Shown one piece after another: positions 29,927-40,394 of a DNA stretch of 64,000 nucleotides; within the stretch, counting starts at the first letter, position 1, and every line of letters starts with the position of its first letter. This DNA comes from Longimicrobiales bacterium (GTDB lineage Bacteria > Gemmatimonadota > Gemmatimonadetes > Longimicrobiales > Gaopeijiaceae). A program made the translations under genes and the position numbers. The DNA lies in assembly GCA_965218295.1 (NCBI GenBank), contig CBDCKN010000013.1, positions 32,001 through 96,000 of the forward strand, in the 5' to 3' direction. The notes below the pieces were generated by a model. That model made no database searches. It saw only the letters and a program-made list of their open reading frames with translations, and was not told the origin of the DNA.

Positions 29927-31145
29927 TTATGCCAGCGCCGATCCGCCGAACGTCTCCTTGACGAGCTCTCGACCGATCACCAAACGCTGGATCTCGTTGG
30001 TTCCCTCACCGATCTCGCAAACCTTGGCGTCGCGCATCATGCGCTCCACCGGGTAGTCGGCGGTGTATCCCGCCCCACCCATGATCTGGACCGCCTTGTG
30101 CGTGGCTCGCATGCCAAGCTCGGAACAGAAGAGCTTGGCCATGGAGGCCTCCTTCGTGAATGGCTGGTCGTGATCCTTGAGCCAGGCTGCGTGGTACGTG
30201 AGGTGCTTCCCTGCTTGAATGTCCGTGGCGATATCCGCCAACTCAAACTGAATGTTCTGGAAATCCCAGATCTTTTTTCCAAACTGTTCGCGCTCGTTCG
30301 CATACCGGAGCGCCGTTTCGAACGCCCCTTCGGCCAATCCCAGAGAGAGGGCCGCGAGGCCGATCCGGCCGGCGTCGAGGGTCTTCATGAAGTTGATGAA
30401 GCCCTCTCCCTCCTCACCGAGACGATCCTCTTCAGGGACGAGCGCATCTTCTATGAGCAGCTCCCGCGTGTCGGAAGCTCTCTACCCCATCTTGTCTTCT
30501 TTCTTGCCCGCCCGCACCCCCTCGAGGAACGGAAGGTCGTCGTCGTGCCCGAAGCCGAGGGACCGGGCCCACTCCAGATCCACCGTCGGCTTGCACACGA
30601 TGAAGCTCGAGATTCCGTCAGATCCCTGATCGGGTTGGGTCACCGCCGTGACCGTGAAAATCTCACCCACTCCGGCGTGGGTGATGAAGATCTTCGATCC
30701 GTTTACGCGGTACCCGCCGTTCTCCCGGACGGCCCTCGCGGTGGTTCCCCCTGCATCGGATCCCGCTCCCGGCTCCGTGAGGCCGAAGCCCCCGAGGACC
30801 TTACCGCTCGCCAGAGGCGGAACATACCGCTCCCGCTGCGCATCCGTTCCGAAAGCCAGTATCGGAGACATGCCCAACGTGGTGTGCGCGGAAACGGTGA
30901 TGGCGTGGCTCGCGTCGACCTTGGCGAGCTCCTCGACCACGAGAATGTAACTCAAGTAGTCGCGTCCCATACCCCCGAGCTCCCGGGGGACGGGTACTCC
31001 CAGGAGCCCCATCTCCCCCATCGTCTTGACGGTCTCCCAGGGGAACTCCTTCGACTCGTCGGCATCCCTCGCGATGGGTGCGATGGCCTCGCGGGCGAAC
31101 GCCCGTACCTCTTGCACGAGGCAGTCGTTCTCTTCCGACAGATAT

Positions 31146-31153
<8 letters not shown>
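29927..31153 (-). pseudogene. Acyl-CoA dehydrogenase with an in-frame TAG at 30482-30484
   Basis: FGLTEPGAGSDA, NGSKIFIT, KEDKMG*RASDTREL (W expected), GRIGLAA, REQFGK, ERMMRDAKVCEIGEGTNEIQR, all in one frame. Confidence 0.88.
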
Positions 31154-32702
<1,549 letters not shown>

Positions 32703-32743
32703 GCGGGACCGTCGCCCGAGCGAGTGGGCACCTCAATGACGGT

Positions 32744-32929
32744 TCAGGCCCCCAGATCCTCCTCCTCTTCCACCGGGTCTCGGTCCGGCGTGTACCTCAC
32801 CACAACGCCGGCGAGGAGCACGACCAGAGCCACCGTCACCAGCCAGGCGGCCTCCAGGAAGATGCCGGCCAAGCCGAGCACCGCGCCAATCCCGAAAAGC
32901 CGGATCCTCCAGTCGAGAAGCCGTACCAT
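32744..32929 (-). CDS. Small two-TM membrane protein (61 aa)
   Basis: MVRLLDWRIRLFGIGAVLGLAGIFLEAAWLVTVALVVLLAGVVVRY; start overlaps the upstream stop. Confidence 0.7.
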   Translation of the reverse strand: MVRLLDWRIRLFGIGAVLGLAGIFLEAAWLVTVALVVLLAGVVVRYTPDRDPVEEEEDLGA

Positions 32930-33690
32930 CAGTGGTCCAGAAACCGCCGGACACCCTCCCGACACGCCTCGGTCCGGCGAGCGATGGCATTCACCTCCGA
33001 GCCCTTTCTGATGGCCTCTTCGAAGCCGGCCTCGTCCAGCTCGTAGAGCAGGCTCTTGGAGAGCTCCAGCGCCGACGCCGGCTTCTGGGCGAGCATCTCG
33101 AGGAATCGGGATGTGCCGGCCTCGAAATCGGTGGCCCCGAAGACTCGGTTGACCAGCCCGATCTGCCCTGCCCTCTCGGCCGAGATCCGCTCGCCCGTGG
33201 TCAAGAGCTCGAAGGCAACGGATTCCGTGACCTTGCGCCGCAATATCGCCATGACCATGGCCGGAACAAAGCCGAGATTGACCTCCGGATAGCCGAATTC
33301 CGCGTCGTCGCTGGCCACAACCAGGTCGCACGCGGTGGCCAGCCCGCAGCCGCCTGCCAAGGCCCGTCCGTGGACCACGGCGACGATGAGCTTGGGATGA
33401 CGCCGCATCTGGATGAAGAGATTGCCCAGGGTCATGGCGTCGGCCACGCTCGCCTCGTGGGCCAGGTCGAGGGTCCGCTCCAGCTCTGCCAGGTCCGCCC
33501 CTGCACAGAAGTCCTCGCCAGCACCCCGGATGGCGATGACGCGGACCGCGTCGTCGTCGGATGCACCGTGGAGTGCCTCCGCCAGAGCAGAGATGAGCTC
33601 ACCGTTCAAGGCGTTCCGCTTCTCCGCACGGTTGAGCGTCAACCGGCAGATCCCGTCTGAGACGTGCACCTCCAAGATCGAGGACGTCAT
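32929..33690 (-). CDS. Enoyl-CoA hydratase (methylglutaconyl-CoA hydratase-like)
   Basis: LNRAEKRNAL, FCAGADL, ALAGGCGLATACD, PEV.LGFVPAMV. Confidence 0.88.
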   Translation of the reverse strand: MTSSILEVHVSDGICRLTLNRAEKRNALNGELISALAEALHGASDDDAVRVIAIRGAGEDFCAGADLAELERTLDLAHEASVADAMTLGNLFIQMRRHPKLIVAVVHGRALAGGCGLATACDLVVASDDAEFGYPEVNLGFVPAMVMAILRRKVTESVAFELLTTGERISAERAGQIGLVNRVFGATDFEAGTSRFLEMLAQKPASALELSKSLLYELDEAGFEEAIRKGSEVNAIARRTEACREGVRRFLDH

Positions 33691-34079
33691 GAGGGATCCT
33701 CGCCCTTGGCGGCGGGGGCTCGTCCCCGACCTCGTACGGCCTCCGCCACCTCGGCGGGCACGTCGACCTCCAAGCGGAGCAGCGCCGTGCTGAAGACCTT
33801 CCCCTGAGCGTCGTTCATGAGAGACATGGTGCCTCCCCCGTCGAGGGCGTTGTGCAGCAGGAAGTTGAGGGCGCCGAGGTTTGGCAGCTCGAAGCGCTCC
33901 ACGGGGCCGAGCACCATCCCGCCGAAATGCTCCTTCACGCGCTCCACCGTCACAACCTCCTTGAGGAGCTCGTAGTGGCTCGGATCGTAGGCGATCACGC
34001 CCACGTTGGCCGTGTCGCCCTTGTCGCCGGAGCGGGCATGCGCAAGGTCGACCAGCTGGATCCGCGAGGGCCTAGACAT
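33687..34079 (-). CDS. AtuA-related small protein
   Basis: AHARSGDKGDTANVGVIA...ERFELPNLGALNF.L..ALDGGG..SL..DAQGK. Confidence 0.88.
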   Translation of the reverse strand: MSRPSRIQLVDLAHARSGDKGDTANVGVIAYDPSHYELLKEVVTVERVKEHFGGMVLGPVERFELPNLGALNFLLHNALDGGGTMSLMNDAQGKVFSTALLRLEVDVPAEVAEAVRGRGRAPAAKGEDPS

Positions 34080-35448
34080 CGAAGACCTCCACCGTCAGAT
34101 GAGGCTCCACCGCTTCCTTCTGGATCAGGGCCGGCCAATACGCCATGATCTCCTGAACACGAGGTCTGCCCCCGGCGAAACCCGTCACCGAGGGAGGCCC
34201 GGTCAGGACCAGAGGCGCGATCTCCCGCGTGAAGCGCTCCACCGCCGTCCGGTCCCTCCCTCGCACTCCCACGCGAAGCTGCACCTCGGGCAGATCCGCC
34301 GGGGGCGGCCCCGCCAGAGCGCCGTGCGTCGAGTCCCAGCCCACCAGCTCCGTGCGCACCTCCAGGTCGAGGCCTAGGCGTTCCAGACGCTCCCGGAGCA
34401 CCCGGTCGGCCGCCCGGGCCTTGGCGGCCGCGTCGGGCCAGGCGTACGTCAGGGTGCCCACGGCCTTGAAGCCGTCGGAATAAGCGATGGACACCTTCAT
34501 GAACTCCGTGGCCTTCCGGCCCCGGACTCCTTTGATCCGGACCCGGTCGTCGCCCTCGTCCTCGAGCTCGATGGTGGTGAAGTCGGCGACGACGTCCGGA
34601 GTGATGTACGTCCGGGGATCCCCCATCTCGTAGACGATCTGCTCGGTGACCGTGCCCTGGGTGACCCGACCGCCCGATCCGTCGTTCTTGGTCACCACGA
34701 AAGTGCCGTCGGCGTTGGCCTCGATGATGGGAAAGCCGACTTCGGCCAGGTTCGGGACGGACCACCAGTCGATGAGGCAATTCCCGCCGGTGCATTGAGC
34801 GCCGCATTCGTTGATGTGCCCCGCCACCACTCCGGAGGCCAGGCGGTCCCAATCGTCCAGGGCCCACCCGAACTCGTGGATCATCGGTCCGTATGTAAGG
34901 GCCGTGTCGGTGGAGCGGCCCGTCACCACCACATCGGCTCCTAGACCGAGAGCTTGCAGGATGGGTCGGGCGCCCATGTAGACGTTGGCGCTCTGCACCC
35001 GATCACGGATGGCCCAGAGGGGCTCGTCCGTCTCCATGTTGCGGAGCTTATGGCCGTCAGCGAGGAGCCCGTTGAGCCGGTCCATGAGGTCGTCGCCCAC
35101 TACCATGCCCACGGTGGCCATTCCTCCGACTCCGGCCTCCCGTCCCACCTCGACAAGGGCCTCCGCACAGCCGCGAGGATTCACGCCACCGGCGTTGGTG
35201 ATCACCGTGATCTCTCGCTGCACGCACGTCGGGAAGATCCGGCCCATCAGGGGCACGAAGTCCCGGGCGTACCCGGCCGACGGGTCCCGGGCGCGCTGCT
35301 TCTGCATGATGGACATGGTGACCTCGGCCAGGTAGTCCATCATGAGGTAGTCGATGGGGCCGCCCTCCACCTGGCGCACGGGCGCCTCGGGATCGTCGCC
35401 CCAGAAGCCCTGTCCCGAGGCGATACGTACGACGTCCCCCTCAGCCAT
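34072..35448 (-). CDS. atuA: Acyclic terpene utilization AtuA family protein (DUF1446)
   Basis: GFWGD, DYL..DYLAEVTM, NAGGVNP, GH..ECG.Q.TGGN, EQ.VYE..DP..YITPDVVADF. Confidence 0.9.
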   Translation of the reverse strand: MAEGDVVRIASGQGFWGDDPEAPVRQVEGGPIDYLMMDYLAEVTMSIMQKQRARDPSAGYARDFVPLMGRIFPTCVQREITVITNAGGVNPRGCAEALVEVGREAGVGGMATVGMVVGDDLMDRLNGLLADGHKLRNMETDEPLWAIRDRVQSANVYMGARPILQALGLGADVVVTGRSTDTALTYGPMIHEFGWALDDWDRLASGVVAGHINECGAQCTGGNCLIDWWSVPNLAEVGFPIIEANADGTFVVTKNDGSGGRVTQGTVTEQIVYEMGDPRTYITPDVVADFTTIELEDEGDDRVRIKGVRGRKATEFMKVSIAYSDGFKAVGTLTYAWPDAAAKARAADRVLRERLERLGLDLEVRTELVGWDSTHGALAGPPPADLPEVQLRVGVRGRDRTAVERFTREIAPLVLTGPPSVTGFAGGRPRVQEIMAYWPALIQKEAVEPHLTVEVFDV

Positions 35449-37198
35449 GGTCCGGCCCCACAGCCCCCTCGAAGTTTGAGGTGGGGGGCCCCGCGTTCAG
35501 GTGGAAGGGTCCCACATGGGGGCCCGGGTTGTTGAGCGCGGCCCTCAGGAGATGGATCAACGCCGGCCGGAGCTCCTCGGGCAGCACGATCTCATTGACG
35601 AAGCCCCGGGCCGCCGCGAAGCGGGCGTCGAGCTGCCGGTCGTAGTCCGCGCGAACCTCGTCCATGCGGGTGCTGAGGTCCTCGTCGGGCACCTCCCCCC
35701 TGGCCTTGAGTTCCTCGAGCTGCCGACTGAAGAGCGCCATCACAGCACTGTCTCCCTCCATCACGCCCATGCGGCCGGTCGGGAGAGACAGGATGAAGTC
35801 CGGATCGAAGCCCTGCCCGGCCATGGCGTAGTAGCCCGCGCCCGATGCGTGGTTCACCGTGAGGACGAGCTTGGGCACGGTGGCCGTGGCCATGGCCTCC
35901 ACGAAGCGGGCCCCGGCGCGGATGATCCCCGAGTGCTCGGCCTCGGGTCCGACCATGAAGCCCGACACGTCCTGGACGAACAGAATTGGCGTCCGGTGGT
36001 GGTTCATGGTCTCGATGAAATACGCCACCTTCTCGGCACTCTCAGTATAGATGATCCCCCCGAAGCGTGGCGGGCCGGGCCGATCGTCCTTGATCACGGC
36101 CCGCGCGTTGGCGATGACGCCCAAGGGCATCCCTCCGATGAAACCCGTCCCGCAGATCATCTCGGCGGCATGGTCGGGCTGGAACTCGTCGAGCACCTCC
36201 CCGTCGAGAATGCACGCCAACACGGCACGCATGTCGTAGGGCTGACGGTGGTCCGCCGGGAGGAGATCATAGAGGTCCACGGGCTCACGAGCAGGGGGTG
36301 AGCCTCCTCCTTCTGCTCCTGCTCCTGCTCCCGCTCCTGCTCCTGCTCCCGCTCCTGCTCCTGCTCCCGGAGTGGGAATACGCGTGGAGGGGTCCCCGGG
36401 CAGCTCGTAGATCAGCCTCCGGAGCTTGGTCAGGCACGTCTCGTCGTCCGGCACCATGTAGTGGGCGACGCCGCTCACCTCGGTATGCACCCGGGCGCCG
36501 CCCAGCTCCTCCGAATCCACCGTCTGCCCCGTTGCCCCTTTCACGAGGTTCGGCCCCCCGAGGCCCATGAAGCTCGTCCCCTCCACCATGAGGATGACGT
36601 CGGAGAGGGCAGGCAGATATGCGCCGCCTGCGATACACGGTCCCATGACCGCTGCGAGCTGGGGAATCCCCAGATAGCGGCGCATGATGGAGTTGTAGTA
36701 GAAGATGCGAGCGGCCCCGTATTGCCCCGGAAACACGCCGCCCTGGTACGGCAGATTCACCCCAGCGGAGTCTACCAGATACACGATGGGGATGCGGCAA
36801 CGCATGGCGATCTCCTGGGCCCGGAGCATCTTCGTGATGGTCTCGGGCCACCAGGATCCCGCCTTGACGGTGGCGTCGTTTGCTACGACCACGACCTCAC
36901 GCCCTTCCACAACACCCACCCCCGTCACCACGCCTGCCCCAGGAGCCTGGCCGTCGTACTGGTCGTAGGCCACGAGCATGCCGACCTCGACCCAGGTGCT
37001 CCCGGAGTCCAGGAGCCGCCCCACCCGCTCGCGGGCCGTCAGCTTGCCCTGGTCGTGCTGGCGTTGGATCCGTTCGGGGCCGCCCCCTTGGAGGAGCGCC
37101 GAACGAAGCTCCCTGAGCTCTTCCGCCAGCGTGGCGAGGCGACCCTGGCCCAGGGTGGTCCGAGAATCCTCGGTCGCCGCGTCCCCGGGTTGGGTCAC
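35441..37198 (-). CDS. Acyl-CoA carboxylase carboxyltransferase subunit (MCC/GCC beta-like)
   Basis: GKLTARER, ANDATVKAG, VDSAGVNL, GPCIAGGAY, ELGGA.VH, QDVSGFMVG, GAGYYAMAG. Confidence 0.92.
   Translation of the reverse strand: MTQPGDAATEDSRTTLGQGRLATLAEELRELRSALLQGGGPERIQRQHDQGKLTARERVGRLLDSGSTWVEVGMLVAYDQYDGQAPGAGVVTGVGVVEGREVVVVANDATVKAGSWWPETITKMLRAQEIAMRCRIPIVYLVDSAGVNLPYQGGVFPGQYGAARIFYYNSIMRRYLGIPQLAAVMGPCIAGGAYLPALSDVILMVEGTSFMGLGGPNLVKGATGQTVDSEELGGARVHTEVSGVAHYMVPDDETCLTKLRRLIYELPGDPSTRIPTPGAGAGAGAGAGAGAGAGAEGGGSPPAREPVDLYDLLPADHRQPYDMRAVLACILDGEVLDEFQPDHAAEMICGTGFIGGMPLGVIANARAVIKDDRPGPPRFGGIIYTESAEKVAYFIETMNHHRTPILFVQDVSGFMVGPEAEHSGIIRAGARFVEAMATATVPKLVLTVNHASGAGYYAMAGQGFDPDFILSLPTGRMGVMEGDSAVMALFSRQLEELKARGEVPDEDLSTRMDEVRADYDRQLDARFAAARGFVNEIVLPEELRPALIHLLRAALNNPGPHVGPFHLNAGPPTSNFEGAVGPDHG
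36313..36370. repeat. In-frame hexamer repeat (CTGCTC/CCGCTC, ~9-10 copies) encoding a poly-(GA) linker
   Basis: GAGAGAGAGAGAGAGAGA in the carboxyltransferase. Confidence 0.9.
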
Positions 37199-37199
37199 G

Positions 37200-37619
37200 T
37201 CAGACCCTTTCCTCGCGTGTGGCGAACCAATCACGGACGTACGCCACGGCATCGGCGGTGGATGTGCCGGGGCCGAAGAGCTTCCCCACTCCCTGCTCCG
37301 AGAGCGCGTGCATGTCCCCCTCGGAGATGATTCCGCCCCCGGTGAGGAGCATGTGGTCCGCGCCCTCTTCCCTGAGCAGCTCCAGGACCCTCGGAAAGAG
37401 CGTCATGTGGGCCCCCGACAGGACTGACAGGGCTACCACATCCACGTCCTCCTGGACGGCGGCACTTACGATCATCTCGGGCGTCTGATGGAGACCCGTG
37501 TAGACGACCTCGAAGCCGGCGTCCCTGAAGGACGCGGCGATGACCTTGGCTCCGCGGTCGTGGCCGTCCAACCCAGGCTTGGCCACCAGTACTCGAATCT
37601 GTCGATCCTCCGACGACAT
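37200..37619 (-). CDS. icmB: Acyl-CoA mutase small cobalamin-binding subunit (IcmB-like)
   Basis: [13 protein letters not shown] (DxHxxG), S.LSGAH, GGII, FGPGT. Confidence 0.88.
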   Translation of the reverse strand: MSSEDRQIRVLVAKPGLDGHDRGAKVIAASFRDAGFEVVYTGLHQTPEMIVSAAVQEDVDVVALSVLSGAHMTLFPRVLELLREEGADHMLLTGGGIISEGDMHALSEQGVGKLFGPGTSTADAVAYVRDWFATREERV

Positions 37620-37817
37620 GGGACTCTCCGTTTGGAATGCTCCGGGCGCGATCCTGTCTGGTCGCGTAAAGCGTTTCAAATCTATCGGTTTGAGAGGGGT
37701 CGTCACATGTGGCTGGACAAACAAGGCGTTCATGCATAACATCGGCCAGATTCAGGCCGTCGGACGGCAGTCCGGCCGCAGTGGGATTCAAACGCTCGAG
37801 TCTGGAGGAGATGATCG

Positions 37818-38240
37818 ATGGCGCGGATTCGTGTCACGCTGAAGTGTATCAAGATTCTCGACAAGCTCGAACCGTTCTTCAAGGAGACGGGAGAGTTCCG
37901 GTTCCGTTCGCGTGTCTCGAGTGAGAACAGTGGCGGTCTCTCGGAGGAGACCCGCTTCCCCGAGGAGGGTCACTACTCCCTCTCGGACAAGCCAGGGTGG
38001 AATTTCGTCACTCTGAACAAAGTGCTGTTCGAGGGTGATGTGGAGGACCACCTGGTCGTCGATCTGTTGGGCGAAGAGATCGACCTCCTCTCCGCCAACG
38101 ACGAGCTCGATCGGTACCGCAGGGAGTTCAAGGGACCGGTCGACGACTGGGCAGGACTCTACGAGCCTGCGGACGAGGGATCGTCGGATCCGGAAGCCAT
38201 GTCCAACTGGCGCATCAGCTACATCATAGAGAGACTCTGA
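37818..38240 (+). CDS. Hypothetical protein (140 aa)
   Basis: GGAGGAG RBS, host-like codon usage, clean ORF. Confidence 0.75.
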   Translation: MARIRVTLKCIKILDKLEPFFKETGEFRFRSRVSSENSGGLSEETRFPEEGHYSLSDKPGWNFVTLNKVLFEGDVEDHLVVDLLGEEIDLLSANDELDRYRREFKGPVDDWAGLYEPADEGSSDPEAMSNWRISYIIERL

Positions 38241-38506
38241 ATAGAGAGACTCTGAGTCCCTAAAAGAAGGGGAATTATAAAGAAGGGTTGCGCGTCAATG
38301 GGCAGCACAGCATGTTGGGACCTTCATGGCAAGCCTCGGGAACCCCGATGACGTCGGGTTACCCGCTGAATACAAGAGCCTTGTTGGTCCGGCAGGGGTA
38401 GCTCCCCAGACCGGAGGGGGCAAATAGGTGGGATCTCCTCGTTCCTGAGGTTTGCCAACGGCCCGGCACCACGTCGGGAAGCCACCGGGAAGCAGGGAGC
38501 CTGTCC

Positions 38507-38896
38507 ATGTCACGCCCTCTCGTGCTGTTCCTACTCGCCAGTCTCATATTCCACCAGAACTTGGCCGCCCAGAACGATGAGCCGCCCCCTGGGCGGCACC
38601 CTCTACAGACCGCCGGACTAGTTGCGGGGATTGCGGGGATTGCATCGATGTTCGCGTCCCTGAATTACTCGTACGAGTGCCCCAAAGGGCTGGAGCACAG
38701 CGACCTTGGCTATGAGTGCTACGCTGACTACGACAAGAAGCTCCACACGGAGCTGGCCCGGCCAACCATGCTATATGCCGGCATCGGCGGGCTTGTCGGG
38801 GGCGTGATTATTGCCAAGATAGGGAAGGGTCGGTCGGAGAAGGGCACGTCCGTCACGATCACACCCAACGGCGTCATCGTTGCCTATCGTTGGTGA
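38507..38896 (+). CDS. IS passenger: secreted/membrane hypothetical protein
   Basis: GGGAG RBS, signal peptide, two hydrophobic segments flanking a Cys pair, C-terminal GVIVAYRW. Confidence 0.7.
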   Translation: MSRPLVLFLLASLIFHQNLAAQNDEPPPGRHPLQTAGLVAGIAGIASMFASLNYSYECPKGLEHSDLGYECYADYDKKLHTELARPTMLYAGIGGLVGGVIIAKIGKGRSEKGTSVTITPNGVIVAYRW

Positions 38897-38939
38897 AGTT
38901 CGTTATTGTATAACGGTACCCACCGCAAAGGGAGGTCTG

Positions 38940-39107
38940 ATGACCAGCGAGTCGACCGAGACGACCGCAAAGCCCCCGCACGTCAAGAAGAAGCCTCGCA
39001 AGGCCGATTACAAGGGGGCCAGTCCAGAGCAGGTAGCCGAGGCGCTCTTGCGCTACCGGCCACCCGAGGAAGGCCCCAAACCAGAAAAATCTGACCGCTT
39101 CCTCTAA
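38940..39107 (+). CDS. IS passenger: 55-aa basic protein
   Basis: GGAGG RBS, ATG at 38940; KKKPRKADYKGASPEQVAEALLRYRP; palindrome CGTTAT-TGT-ATAACG upstream. Confidence 0.65.
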   Translation: MTSESTETTAKPPHVKKKPRKADYKGASPEQVAEALLRYRPPEEGPKPEKSDRFL

Positions 39108-39136
39108 GCCGGTGTGGTGGGGACGGAAAGGGGGAT

Positions 39137-39209
39137 AGGCGCCGCCCGGAATCGAACCGGGAGAAACAAGGATTGCTAGCCCTGTGCCTTACCATTCGGC
39201 CACGGCGCC
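39137..39209 (-). tRNA. tRNA-like gene with a tRNA-Cys body and a non-canonical anticodon loop (CUAGCAA(U))
   Basis: GGCGCCG/CGGCGCC acceptor + U73; D arm GCC-GAATGGTAA-GGC; T arm CCCGG-TTCGATT-CCGGG; no CCA. Confidence 0.8.
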
Positions 39210-39318
39210 CCATCCCTTTCCGTCCCTTCGTAATTCGTGTAGCTTCTATATGTGACGGGTGCAAAACGGCCCTTCTCCGCCTCTCCAAAGGCGGCTCGAA
39301 AATTCCAGACAGTAAATC

Positions 39319-39350
39319 GCGCCTCACCGGGCTGAACCCCGGTGAGGCGC
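39319..39350 (-). terminator. 13-bp hairpin downstream of the transposase
   Basis: GCGCCTCACCGGG/CCCGGTGAGGCGC; only a weak U tract. Confidence 0.5.
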
Positions 39351-39384
39351 TCTCAATTTAACGCACTACATCTTGTGGGCAAAC

Positions 39385-40320
39385 TCAGTCGGCTATCAAT
39401 TCCTTGTACATGAGCCGCTTGCCGACCATCTCCGCGACCACGTGGCGCATCTGGTCCATGGTGTCCATGCTCCGGATGTTGTGTCTCCCTGCGAACTCAT
39501 CGACGTAGCGCTGTAGGTGCTTCGCGCTCAGCTTGTGGAACGTGCCCTTGTGGGCTCTCTTGAGGGTCGCCCAGAAGCTTTCGATACCGTTGGTATGGGC
39601 CATGCCCCTTACGTACTCTCCGACGCCGTGACGGACCGCCTCGCGATTCTGGATCCTATCGTAGGCCGCCGCCTCGTCCGTGTAGACCTTCGCGCCGGGC
39701 TTGGTGTGCTCAAGCACGAACCCCTCTAGCGTCCGGCGGGTCGTATCGTCCACGGCTTGAGCAATGACTTTGCCGGTGGCGTGATCCCTCGCACCCACTA
39801 CCGTGGCCTTGCCGACACCGCCACGGCCGGCCCGCAGCTTCTTCTGATTGTGCTTGTTGCGCTCGATTCCGCCGACGAACGTTTCGTCCACTTCGACCGG
39901 CCCTTGGAAGATGAGCGGGCCGACGTGGGCGAACGCTTCGCGGATGCGTTGCTGCATGTACCAAGCGGTGGGCTGGGAGATACCGAGATCCCGGTGGAGC
40001 TTCATGGAGGAAACGCCCTTGAGGCTCGTGCAGTCCAGGTAGATCGCGTACAGCCAGGTCTTGAGCGGCAGCGGCGATCCAGCCATGAGTGTTCCCGTCT
40101 TGACGCTGAAATACTTCCCGCAGTCACGGCAGCGATACGGCATCTTGACGTGCTTGCACTCGTAGGTGTCGAGGCCAGCGCACCGTGGGCAGTGGCGCTC
40201 TCCGGAGGACCATACGATGCCCTCGAACCACTCGCGTGCCGACTCTTCCGTAGGGAACAGCTCAGCCAGCTCCAGGAGTGTGATCCCCTTACGGTTGCTC
40301 TTGCCGGGTCCGTTCGCCAT
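39385..40320 (-). CDS. IS1595 family DDE transposase
   Basis: Zn ribbon CPRC...CRDC, FSVKTGT, KGVSSMKLHRDLG, VEVDETFVGG, YTDE, HTNGIESFW..LKR, KHL.RYVDEF. Confidence 0.96.
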   Translation of the reverse strand: MANGPGKSNRKGITLLELAELFPTEESAREWFEGIVWSSGERHCPRCAGLDTYECKHVKMPYRCRDCGKYFSVKTGTLMAGSPLPLKTWLYAIYLDCTSLKGVSSMKLHRDLGISQPTAWYMQQRIREAFAHVGPLIFQGPVEVDETFVGGIERNKHNQKKLRAGRGGVGKATVVGARDHATGKVIAQAVDDTTRRTLEGFVLEHTKPGAKVYTDEAAAYDRIQNREAVRHGVGEYVRGMAHTNGIESFWATLKRAHKGTFHKLSAKHLQRYVDEFAGRHNIRSMDTMDQMRHVVAEMVGKRLMYKELIAD

Positions 40321-40349
40321 CTCCATATCTCCCTTGAGGTTATACAAGA

Positions 40350-40378
40350 AAGATACAGAATAGTTGCCCGCTAGTCAA
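40350..40378 (-). promoter_or_regulatory. sigma70-type transposase promoter overlapping the IR
   Basis: TTGACT-17 bp-TATCTT on the minus strand; the -35 box overlaps the inner IR end. Confidence 0.6.
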
Positions 40379-40394
40379 CCCTTCTTTATAATTC

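Noticed and set aside
30482..30484. In-frame TAG as pyrrolysine or programmed read-through
   Set aside because: It falls at a family Trp position (TGG>TAG), there are no pyl genes in the window, and TAG terminates many genes here
37620..37817. Cobalamin riboswitch or LacI-type operator upstream of the B12-binding subunit
   Set aside because: No B12-box elements seen; the palindromes are weak
39137..39209. Amber suppressor reading of the CUA in the tRNA-like loop
   Set aside because: CUA occupies the first three loop positions (32-34), not the anticodon position after U33
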